The notes below the pieces were generated by a model. It was not told the origin of the DNA, searched no databases, and worked only from the letters and a program-made list of their open reading frames with translations. The position numbers and the translations under genes were made by a program. From an uncultured Gemmatimonadales bacterium (GTDB lineage: Bacteria > Gemmatimonadota > Gemmatimonadetes > Longimicrobiales > RSA9), in the NCBI GenBank assembly GCA_963708135.1, contig OY970192.1:2208001-2272000 (forward strand): a stretch of DNA of 64,000 nucleotides, written 5' to 3'. Every line of letters begins with the position of its first letter. Positions within the stretch are counted from its first letter, which is position 1. Of this stretch, positions 54,059 to 64,000 are shown in pieces.

Positions 54059-56725
54059 TCAGCCGCCGCGCTGCCTCCGTTCGCTCCGTTCCTCCGTTCG
54101 CTCCGTTCCTCCGTTCCCTCGGCGCGCAACGCGCGCCGCCCGGAACAGCTCGTCGGCGGACTGCAGCACGATACCCCGCAGCCGCGGTGGGTAGTCGGGG
54201 TGCTCGCGCAGAAACGCGCGCACCACCTGCGCGGCGGCCGGCGAGCTGTGCCCGTCCAGCGTCGCGTCGAGCCAGCGCTTGGGGAAGAAGATGTCGCCGG
54301 TGCGCCGGATCTCCTCGAGCATGTCCAGCGCCGGGCGGATGTACTGCTCCGATTGCCGCGCCCGCAGCGGGTGGTTCAGGTACGCGAGCCCCTCGAGCAC
54401 CCACGGCTCGTGGCGCCGGTTGGCGGGATCGCGCAGCCGCTGGAAGAAGGAGTCGCGCACGGCCGGATCGGCGTCGAGCGCCGGCATGACGAAGGCGAAG
54501 CGCGCCTTCCGGTCGGGGTTCGTGATGCGCCCGAGCTCCGTCTCCAGGATGGCGCGCCAGCCCGGCGCCTCGCGCACCGCGAGGTCCAGCGCCAGCTGGG
54601 TCTCGTCCCGTTCCGAGAGGGGCAGGCCGGGCACGGAGTCCCGCCGCTCGAAGAGCCGCGTGAGCCGCGCGACGTCCGGCGGCGCCAGCGCCAGCGAGCG
54701 ATAGGCGGAGAAGTAGACCGACTTGAGCGACGTGGTCGGCGCCGCCTCGAGCTCGTGCCAGAGCGCCGGCTCGAACGACGTCGAGAGCGCGGCCCGATCC
54801 GACGCCGGCGCGAAGTGCCAGAAGGCATCCGTGACGTAGCCGAAGATGCGCTGCGCCTCGAGCTCCTCCGGCGTGCCGGCCATGAGCGCGTGCATGGCGC
54901 CGTGCAGGAACGTCCCCGCGTCCAGCTTCCCCTCCAGGACGGCGTCCCACAGCCCGATCCACGCGGCGCCCCGGAGCACCGGGTCGGGGAGCTCCGCGAC
55001 GTGCGCGATCAGGTAGCGGCGGCTCGCGGGGTCCAGGTCGAAGAAGCCGTAGCCCACGCCCTTCCCGTTCGGCACCACCCAGCGCGGGGCTGAAAGCCCC
55101 ACCGCCGCCGGCACCTCCACGCTCGCCGAGTCCAGCTGCACCGGCAGGTAGCGGACGCCGCCGTCCGTCCCGAGCGCGACCTCGAGCCGCTGCGGCCAGA
55201 GCAGCCCGCGCCCGAGGGGGTCGCGCTGCGTCAGCCGGAGCGAGGCGACGCGCCCGTCCGCGCCCGTGTCGAGCGAGAGCGTGACGTGCGGCCGCCCCGG
55301 CTCCTCGACCCAGCTGTGGCTCCACGCCTCCAGATCGAGCGGCGTGGCCCCGTCCAGGATGTGGATCAGGTCGGGCCAGGAGGCGTTGCCGTAGGCGTAG
55401 CGGTGCAGATACGTCCGCAGCCCGTCCCGGAACGCGGTGTCGCCGACCAGCGACTCCAGCTGCTTCATCACGATCGGCGCCTTCTCGTAGATGATCGAGC
55501 CGTACAGGCTGCCCGCCTCGTTCAGGTTCTCCAGCGGCTGCCGGATCGGGTTCGCGCCCGCCGTGCGGTCCACGGCGTACGCGGCCGGGTAGTGGGCGAG
55601 CAGGAAGCGCAGCGCGTGGTTCACCTGCGGAAAGGAGGGATTCACGATCTTGGCGGCCATGAAGTTGGCGAAGACCTCCTTCATCCACACGTCGTTGAAC
55701 CAGCGCATGGTCACCAGGTCACCGAACCACATGTGCGTGGTCTCGTGCGCGATCACGCTCGCCCGGCCCAGCTTCTGGTTCTGCGTGGCCGAGCGGTCCA
55801 GCATCAGGCTCGAGGCGTTGTAGAGGATCGCGCCAGCGTGTTCCATCCCGCCGAACTGGAACGAGGGGATCAGGACGAAGTCCAGCTTGTCGAACGGGTA
55901 CTTCATCCCCGTGTAGCGCTCCAGCCAGCGCAGCGAGGCCGCCTCCAGATCGAAGATCGAGTCCCGATTGGCCGCCACCTTGGCCGTGTCCGTCTCGCGG
56001 TGGTACATGTGGAAGGTGCGCCCATCCCGCACCGCCGTCTCCACCTTCCAGTTGCCCGCCACGAACGCGAACAGGTACGTCGGCAGCGGCTTCGTCTCCG
56101 CGAAATGGAGCGTGGCCCGGCCGCCGGAGACTTCGCGCGAGGCGACGGGGGCGTTGGCCACCGCCTTCCACGCCGCCGGGATCGTCAGTGTGAGCGTCCA
56201 GCGCGCCTTCAGGTCCGGCTGGTCGAAGCACGGCAGCGCCACCGACGCGCGGTCCGGCACGAAGAGGGTGTAGAGGTAGTCGGGATTGCGGTTCAGCGAG
56301 CCGTCGCCGGCGAGGAAGCGGATCTCGAGGGCGTGCGGCCCTTCGGCCAGCGCGTCCGCCGCGATCACGAGGTGCCCGTTCACGGACTCGAAGGCCGCCG
56401 GCCGGCCGTCCACGGCCAGGGACAGCACCGCCGCGCGCGGCTCCTTGAAGTCCAGCACCAGCGGCCGCCCGGCCCGCGCGAGCCGGAACCGGATCGTCTC
56501 GCGGCCGCGGATCCGCTCCTCCCGCCGCGCGGGGATCTGCATGACGACGTCGTAGCGCAGCTCCCGGAGCGCCGCCGCCCGCTCCGCCGCCAGCGCCCGC
56601 GTCACACCCGACTCCGGCAGCTTCGACGGCCGGGGACCGGGCCGCACCGCGCCCGCCGGGGCCGCGGCCGCGAGCAGGGAGAGCGCGCCCGCCGCGAGGC
56701 GGGAGAGGAGAGCCGTCGCATTCAT
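54059..56725 (-). CDS. M1 family aminopeptidase N-like with an ERAP1-like C-terminal domain, exported
   Basis: Signal peptide, PCFDQPDLKA, GGMEH, HETTHMWFGDLVT..WMKE, YEKA. Confidence 0.9.
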   Translation of the reverse strand: MNATALLSRLAAGALSLLAAAAPAGAVRPGPRPSKLPESGVTRALAAERAAALRELRYDVVMQIPARREERIRGRETIRFRLARAGRPLVLDFKEPRAAVLSLAVDGRPAAFESVNGHLVIAADALAEGPHALEIRFLAGDGSLNRNPDYLYTLFVPDRASVALPCFDQPDLKARWTLTLTIPAAWKAVANAPVASREVSGGRATLHFAETKPLPTYLFAFVAGNWKVETAVRDGRTFHMYHRETDTAKVAANRDSIFDLEAASLRWLERYTGMKYPFDKLDFVLIPSFQFGGMEHAGAILYNASSLMLDRSATQNQKLGRASVIAHETTHMWFGDLVTMRWFNDVWMKEVFANFMAAKIVNPSFPQVNHALRFLLAHYPAAYAVDRTAGANPIRQPLENLNEAGSLYGSIIYEKAPIVMKQLESLVGDTAFRDGLRTYLHRYAYGNASWPDLIHILDGATPLDLEAWSHSWVEEPGRPHVTLSLDTGADGRVASLRLTQRDPLGRGLLWPQRLEVALGTDGGVRYLPVQLDSASVEVPAAVGLSAPRWVVPNGKGVGYGFFDLDPASRRYLIAHVAELPDPVLRGAAWIGLWDAVLEGKLDAGTFLHGAMHALMAGTPEELEAQRIFGYVTDAFWHFAPASDRAALSTSFEPALWHELEAAPTTSLKSVYFSAYRSLALAPPDVARLTRLFERRDSVPGLPLSERDETQLALDLAVREAPGWRAILETELGRITNPDRKARFAFVMPALDADPAVRDSFFQRLRDPANRRHEPWVLEGLAYLNHPLRARQSEQYIRPALDMLEEIRRTGDIFFPKRWLDATLDGHSSPAAAQVVRAFLREHPDYPPRLRGIVLQSADELFRAARVARRGNGGTERTEERSERRQRGG
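54075..54116. repeat. CTCCGTTC(G) tandem repeat x5 within the 3' end of the aminopeptidase ORF
   Basis: ctccgttcg ctccgttc ctccgttcg ctccgttc ctccgttc. Confidence 0.8.
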
Positions 56726-56754
56726 CGCGGAGTCCGTCCGGGGTTCTCGCCGCC

Positions 56755-57069
56755 TCAGTCCGCCTCCTCCTCCGCCTCCTCGCCGTGCTCCACAATGTCG
56801 CCTTCCTGGAACAGGATCCCCTGCGCGATCTCACGCCACTGCGGCTTGCGGCGCAGCAGGAACTCGAGGTCCATGGAAAAGTGCTTGTACTCCTCCTTCT
56901 GCGCGTCGCGCATGATGGCCGCCGCCGCCGTATTCCTCTCCACGGCCAGCCGCTGCTCGTACCAGTCGATCGCCTGCGCCTCCTCGATCAGCGAGAGCAC
57001 CATCCGCGCGAAGGTGCGCGTCTCCTGCGGCAGCTCGTTCGGCGGCTCGTGGTACTGGTCGAATCCCAT
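56755..57069 (-). CDS. Encapsulated-ferritin-like (EncFtn-type half-ferritin) protein
   Basis: YHEP..L..ET..R..SLIEEAQAIDWYEQR..EEYKH..M.LEFL.R..W..LF.EG.I matches the EncFtn pattern; GGGGAAGG ribosome-binding site. Confidence 0.8.
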   Translation of the reverse strand: MGFDQYHEPPNELPQETRTFARMVLSLIEEAQAIDWYEQRLAVERNTAAAAIMRDAQKEEYKHFSMDLEFLLRRKPQWREIAQGILFQEGDIVEHGEEAEEEAD

Positions 57070-57217
57070 GCCCTTCCCCTCCGATCCGGTGTCGTTTGTC
57101 GATCATCGGGCCGCACGCCACATGCCGCGCGCCGCCCGGATGCGCGCCGCCCCGCGGCCGATCCTGCGGTCGCGGGGCGTCCGGCGCAAGGCCGCTGCGT
57201 GACCTCGTGAACGCCTG

Positions 57218-57874
57218 CTAGCGCCTGAGCGCGATCGCCATCCGCCCGCTCAGCGCAAGGCCGGTGATCAGGATCGCCGCGCCCACGGCCAGCAGCGCGA
57301 CCAGCGTCAGCGTCATGGGATCGAACCCGATCAGCGCCAGGATCCCCAGCACCGCGCTGCCCAGGCCGACCAGGATCTGCGCGCCCGCCGCGCTCCGCAC
57401 CGCCTCGTAGGCCGCCCGCTGGTAGCCCTCGCTCATGTCCGGCCACGCGCCCCGCATCATGTCCAGCCGGGCCGTGATCCCGCTCCCCAGGACCAGCGCC
57501 ACCCCGAACACGATCGCCGCGGAGGCCAGCAGGATCAGCGGACGGACCCCCACCAGCGCCAGGATGCCGAGCGCGATCCCCGCCACGCCGCCGAGGAACT
57601 CCGCGCTGATGCTGCTCAGCAGCGCAGTCCGCCCCAGCTCGCCACCCGCCGCCCGCGTCAGCACCCGCTGGTACCTCGCCCCGATGGAGCCTCCTTCGAT
57701 GGCCAGAGCGGCCCCGATCGCGATCGTCGAGATCGGCGCCGCGAGGTAGGGCAGCACACCGATCAAGCCGAGGATCGCCAGCACCACCGCCGCCGCGCCT
57801 CCGATCGATTCCGCCGCCGAGCCTCCGGCCATGAGCTGCAGTGTCTCGTCTCTCCCTGGCATCGCGGTCAACAT
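57218..57874 (-). CDS. Hypothetical integral membrane protein with three internal E.IGG..VLAILGL.G repeats
   Basis: About 7-9 hydrophobic segments; repeated ESIGGAAAVVLAILGLIG / EFLGGVAGIALGILALVG / QILVGLGSAVLGILALIG; GAGGAGG ribosome-binding site. Confidence 0.7.
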   Translation of the reverse strand: MLTAMPGRDETLQLMAGGSAAESIGGAAAVVLAILGLIGVLPYLAAPISTIAIGAALAIEGGSIGARYQRVLTRAAGGELGRTALLSSISAEFLGGVAGIALGILALVGVRPLILLASAAIVFGVALVLGSGITARLDMMRGAWPDMSEGYQRAAYEAVRSAAGAQILVGLGSAVLGILALIGFDPMTLTLVALLAVGAAILITGLALSGRMAIALRR

Positions 57875-58026
57875 GCGTCCTCCTCGCTCCCATTTACGAA
57901 AATCCGGGCCGTGTCCAGAGAACACGGCCCGGCCTCCTCACCAGCCGCGAGGCTGGTTGTACCCACACATCGAAGTCATTTCCGCATAATGCGTTCCGGA
58001 AAGCGACGCAGTCCGCCGCCACCCTC

Positions 58027-58506
58027 TCACCCGCCCGTGCCCACCTGCCGCTCCCCCGAGCCGCCCTTCACCGAGATCCGCCGCGGCTTCGCCTCCTCCG
58101 TCTTCGGCAGCTTCACCGTCAGCACGCCGTTGTCGTAGCGTGCGTCCACGCGCTCCGTGTCCACCGTCCGGGGCAGCATGAAGCTGCGCTCGAACCGGCC
58201 GTAGCGGCGCTCCAGCAGCCGGTAGTCGTCCTCCGATTCGCCTTCCCGCCGCTCCATCTTCTTCTCCCCCGCCACCGTCAGCACGTTGTTCTCCAGCGTG
58301 ATGTCGATGTCCTCGGGCTTTAGCCCCGGCGCCTCGATCATGAAGCGCACCTCCTCCCCCGTGTCCACCACCTCCGCCGGCATGCTCCAGCTGTCCGAGC
58401 GCCCGGGCACGCCCCCCTCGTTCAGCAGCCGATCCACCTCGCGCCGCACGTCGTAGAGCGCGTCGAAGGGTGAGACCGCACCGCTCAGCCGCCGGATGAT
58501 TGGCAT
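58027..58506 (-). CDS. Hsp20/alpha-crystallin small heat-shock protein
   Basis: PG.KPEDIDI...NNVLTV.GE, ERRYGRFERSF.LP, A.Y.NGVLTV.LPK; AAAGGAG ribosome-binding site. Confidence 0.95.
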   Translation of the reverse strand: MPIIRRLSGAVSPFDALYDVRREVDRLLNEGGVPGRSDSWSMPAEVVDTGEEVRFMIEAPGLKPEDIDITLENNVLTVAGEKKMERREGESEDDYRLLERRYGRFERSFMLPRTVDTERVDARYDNGVLTVKLPKTEEAKPRRISVKGGSGERQVGTGG

Positions 58507-58605
58507 GACTGGCTCCTTTCACTCTGGGTTCCGGGATCGGCGGGAGCCTGTCGCGCGGCGAATCCGCGCCGCCGCACCGCTCCTCGCCTCAACCCGTCGG
58601 GAGGC

Positions 58606-58620
58606 GCATTGCACGTGCCA
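58606..58620 (-). promoter_or_regulatory. Sigma54-like -24/-12 promoter of hsp20
   Basis: TGGCACGTGCAATGC versus consensus TGGCACG-N4-TTGC, 100 nt upstream of the ATG. Confidence 0.55.
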
Positions 58621-58782
58621 GCCGTGACCTGCCGCGGCGGCAATTCTCGCTGCACATCTGGCAGCCGCCGAGCCTCGTTCCCGCATTTCCGGCCGAGTGC
58701 CGGCCGTGAGGCGACGGTCCGTCCCTAAGGCGGGCGCTCCGCCGCCCACCGACAGCCCCGCTCCTACTGCGGCCGGGGATGG

Positions 58783-58817
58783 AAAACGGGCTCGGCGCCC
58801 GAAGCGCCGAACCCGTT
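58783..58817 (-). terminator. Rho-independent terminator downstream of the tRNA
   Basis: AACGGGTTCGGCGC-TTCGG-GCGCCGAGCCCGTT ending in a short U run on the minus strand. Confidence 0.65.
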
Positions 58818-58837
58818 GTGCCGCAGCCAGTGTCCAG

Positions 58838-58911
58838 TAGCAGGGGCGGGACTCGAACCCGCGACCCCGGCATTATGAGTGCCGTGCTCTAACCAGCTGA
58901 GCTACCCTGCC
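58838..58911 (-). tRNA. tRNA with CAU anticodon (elongator tRNA-Met most likely; tRNA-Ile2 not excluded)
   Basis: GGCAGGGTAGCTCAGCTGGTTAGAGCACGGCACTCATAATGCCGGGGTCGCGGGTTCGAGTCCCGCCCCTGCTA forms a full cloverleaf with G1:U72, no initiator GGG/CCC anticodon stem, and CCA not encoded. Confidence 0.93.
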
Positions 58912-58945
58912 GATTGCCTCCGCGCGCCCGCCCGCGAAGCACGAA

Positions 58946-58975
58946 AAAATAGCCCTGCGACGGCTCCCGGGTCAA
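58946..58975 (-). promoter_or_regulatory. Sigma70 promoter of the tRNA
   Basis: TTGACC-N18-TATTTT followed by a GC-rich discriminator-like stretch. Confidence 0.6.
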
Positions 58976-59110
58976 CCGCGTACCCGCACACGCGCTGGGT
59001 GCCTCTCCCCTGTGCGTGTGCGTGTGCGTGTGCGCGCCACCCGGGCGGCTCGCGTCCCTTGCGCGCGCCAGTCCGCGCGCGCCCGTCCCGGCTGTTGCGC
59101 CGCCCCCAGC

Positions 59111-59160
59111 CCCGAGTCCCGAGTCCCGAGCCCCGAGCCCCCCGAGCCCCTAACCCCTCA
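59111..59160. repeat. Tandem heptamer array (CCCGAGY)n running into the amidase stop
   Basis: cccgagt cccgagt cccgagc cccgagc cc cccgagc ccctaac. Confidence 0.75.
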
Positions 59161-60814
59161 CCCTCACCCCGTCCCCCACCACCACCGCCCCCGCCGCCCC
59201 CCGCCGCGACAGCCGGATCTCGCTCCAGCCGGCGGGAAACGCCCAGGTGCCGAGGGTCGTCCAGGCGCCGCCGCCCGTGCGCTCGTCGACGGTCGCGGTG
59301 GCGAGCGTGTCGCCGGCGGCGGTGACGACGCTGAAGGTCGCGGCTGCGGTGCGGTTGTCGCCGGCGGTCCAGCGTACATCGACGGTGCGGCTGGCCGCGG
59401 CCTCCAGCCGGAAGGAGAAGACGAGCGGGTCGTCGCGGTCGGGGCTGGTGTCGGCCCAGCGGTAGCCGTCGCCGTAGTAGCCCGGCGTCTGGCGGGAGAC
59501 GATCCAGAGCGCGGGTGCATCAGCGCGCGCGTCGGCCGGCTCGTTGCGGCCGTTGCCGTCGTCGACCACGATCTCGCCGCAGTCGCGCTGGACGAGGCCG
59601 ACGTAGTGGACCCACGGCCAGCCGGCGCCGGGGTCGCTCCGGTTCTCCGGCTGGAGCTGTCCATGCCCGACGATGTGCTGCCAGTCGCGCGGAATGTCGT
59701 GGCGCCGGGTGATGTCGCAGACCAGGCGAGCGGACGCGTCGATCTCGCCGGCCGGCCAGGAGGACTGGCTGGCGTAGCCCGCATGCTCGACGCCGACGGT
59801 GAAGTGGTTGCTCTGGACGCCGTTCAGCCAGCAGAGCGCGTCGTGGTTCAGCGTGCAGTCGTAGCGCGCTCCGATGTGCCACGCGCGGTTCTTCTCCGCC
59901 ACCAGCTGCGAGATCTCGCCGCCATCCTCGCTCACGACGTAATGGGCGCTGACCTGTGACGCGGGATCGTCCAGCCAGCTCCAGCACCCGGTGTATGCGC
60001 CCTCGCAGGTGTGGATGATCACCATCCGCGGCACGCCGCTGTCTCCGGCCATCCGCAGGTCGAAGTTGGGCGATGGTCGCCAGAGCGCGCCCGCCTCGTC
60101 GGGCGCGCTGCCCGGCTGCGGGGTCGTATCCGGCGGGGGCGCGGGACAATCGTCGGCCACGTCGCCTTCCGGCGAGGCACCCGCCGCCGCACTCGCCGCG
60201 CTCCGCCGCGGACCCGCGGCCGCGAGGAAGCGGGGCATCACGTCGCGGCGCGCGTATGCGGCTCGCCCCGCCGGCAGCGCGATCCCGCTGAACGCCGCCA
60301 CGACCTCCGCCCACGCCTCCGGCCGGCTCCGGTCGACCCCCGCCGCCCGCGCCTCCGCGTCGAGCAGCGCGGCCGCCGCGCGGATGTTCGCGCGCGCGTC
60401 CCGCCCGGCCGCCTCGCTCGCCACGCCCGCCAGCGCGGCGCCGCGCGCGAGCCGTGGCCCGCGCAGCGCCATCACGCCAAAGGCCGCGGGCCGCCCGCCC
60501 GGCCCCTCCGCCCCCGCCACCATCCGGTCGCGCGTCTCCACCCACGCGATGGCGCGCAGCAGCGCCGCCGGCACGTTGAACTCTCGCCCGGCAGCCGCGA
60601 AGATCGAGTCGTACGGGCTGCCCGGCGGCGCGACGGCCGCCGCGGCGCCGGCCAGGCCGCGGCCGTCCGCACGCACGGCCGCCGCGGCCGGGCACGGCTG
60701 GATCGGAGGAGAGGTCGGGCTGCGGTCGGCGCACGCCCCGAGAACGAGCAGGAGGGCCGCGCCCGGCGCGCGGCGTGCGCTCGCCTGGAGCGCTGCTGAA
60801 AGGGTTCGTGCCAC
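59150..60814 (-). CDS. Lipoprotein N-acetylmuramoyl-L-alanine amidase (Amidase_2) with an N-terminal SLT-like and a C-terminal golvesin-like domain
   Basis: Lipobox VLGAC; FAAAGREFNVPAALLRAIAWVET..FGVMAL..NIRAAAALL; IIHT..SAHY..RAWH..GVEH..VGH..SDPG; C-terminal WTAG.NR..VDER..G.W..LGTW.F..VVVGDGVR. Confidence 0.82.
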   Translation of the reverse strand: MARTLSAALQASARRAPGAALLLVLGACADRSPTSPPIQPCPAAAAVRADGRGLAGAAAAVAPPGSPYDSIFAAAGREFNVPAALLRAIAWVETRDRMVAGAEGPGGRPAAFGVMALRGPRLARGAALAGVASEAAGRDARANIRAAAALLDAEARAAGVDRSRPEAWAEVVAAFSGIALPAGRAAYARRDVMPRFLAAAGPRRSAASAAAGASPEGDVADDCPAPPPDTTPQPGSAPDEAGALWRPSPNFDLRMAGDSGVPRMVIIHTCEGAYTGCWSWLDDPASQVSAHYVVSEDGGEISQLVAEKNRAWHIGARYDCTLNHDALCWLNGVQSNHFTVGVEHAGYASQSSWPAGEIDASARLVCDITRRHDIPRDWQHIVGHGQLQPENRSDPGAGWPWVHYVGLVQRDCGEIVVDDGNGRNEPADARADAPALWIVSRQTPGYYGDGYRWADTSPDRDDPLVFSFRLEAAASRTVDVRWTAGDNRTAAATFSVVTAAGDTLATATVDERTGGGAWTTLGTWAFPAGWSEIRLSRRGAAGAVVVGDGVRVRG

Positions 60815-60836
60815 GATTCGACTGCTTCGCCTCTTC

Positions 60837-63227
<2,391 letters not shown>

Positions 63228-63231
<4 letters not shown>

Positions 63232-64000
63232 GTCCGCTCTTCCTCGAAGTGGCGGTACCCGGCGCCGTCGATCGCCTCGAGCCGCCCGTTCGGGCGACGC
63301 AGCACCACGCCCGCTCCCTCGCCCACGCTGCCCACGCGGGTGAGCGGGGTTCCGGTCTCCGCCTCGAACGCGTCGCGGACCGCCTCGACCGCGCCCGGCT
63401 CCGCCGTGAAGCAGAGCTCGTAGTCCTCGCCTCCCGACAGGGCGAGCCGCGCCGCCTGCCCGGCCTCGCGCGCCACGGCGGCGGCCCCGGGGTGCACCGG
63501 CAGCGCCACCTGGTCGAGCACGATGCGTACGCCGCTCGCCGCCGCCAGGTGCCCCGCATCGCCGCCCAGGCCGTCGGAGAGGTCGATCATGGCCCGCGGG
63601 ACGCCTTGCCCGGCCAGCCACAACGCCTCGCGGGTGCGCGGGACGGGATGCGCGAACGCGGCGCGCGCGGCCTCCGGCGCCCGCTCGCCGCGCCGCCAGG
63701 CGAGCACCGCCGCCGCCCCGCCGCCAAGCCGGCCCGTCACCCAGACCTCGTGGCCGGGCCGGGCGCCGGAGCGCAGCACCGGCGCATCCGCGCGGCCCAC
63801 CGCCACGATGTCCAGGGCCAGCGGCCCGGGCGAGCGGACCACATCGCCGCCCAGGAGCACGCCGCCGACCGCGCCGACCGCCTCCTCCACCCCGCGCATC
63901 ACGTCCACCGCCCCGGCATCGAGGTAACCGGGCGGGAGGGCGATGGCGGCCAGCACGCCGATCGGCCGGGCCGCCATCGCGGCCAGGTCGCTGAGCGAGC
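63228..64000 (-). CDS. thiL: Thiamine-monophosphate kinase (5'-truncated by the window edge)
   Basis: SDLAAM, LLGGD, RSGARPG..WVTG.LG, MIDLSDGL, SGGEDYEL.FT, GYRHF. Confidence 0.92.

Noticed and set aside
58838..58911. Initiator tRNA-fMet
   Set aside because: It lacks the C1:A72 mismatch and the three consecutive G:C pairs in the anticodon stem.
58507..59149. tRNA as a genomic-island integration site
   Set aside because: No integrase, no duplicated tRNA 3' end in the window, and no obvious composition shift in the flanking genes.

Overview
This is a very GC-rich bacterial chromosome segment. Gene content and protein style suggest Gemmatimonadota, which is an inference and not a database result. 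About 50 CDS, mostly on the minus strand, and one tRNA(CAU) are supportable. I found no integrase, transposase, prophage or CRISPR array. Housekeeping blocks: yggS-divIVA-PNP-ileS-dksA/traR-lspA-rluD, tilS-hpt-ftsH-folP-cdaA, nadC-nadA-nadB, and thiL-plsC-eno-ftsB-amidase. Accessory content: three exported peptidases (one M16, two M1), MFS transporters, a NiCoT permease, an IorAB-like molybdoenzyme, a gntR-(AmgK::RapZ-C fusion)-murU operon, and stress genes (BON, DUF72, DUF421, orphan EncFtn-like, Hsp20). The most striking locus is a divergent putative metal-homeostasis island at 28.2-39.8 kb. On the minus strand are a His-bearing multi-TM LytS-type kinase, a LytTR regulator and a TonB-dependent receptor. 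On the plus strand a CxxC/RAPP leader peptide precedes a CzcCBA-type pump. The kinase and receptor promoters share an identical architecture: three AlgR-like 9-mers at 21-bp period, a 33-nt gap, then TATGCT. One box overlaps the putative -35 of the efflux operon. Other points: a GIHH-motif IleRS2, sigma54-like motifs upstream of six stress-type genes, and several short-repeat families. Start codons were chosen by eye, and family assignments rest on recognised motifs, not searches.
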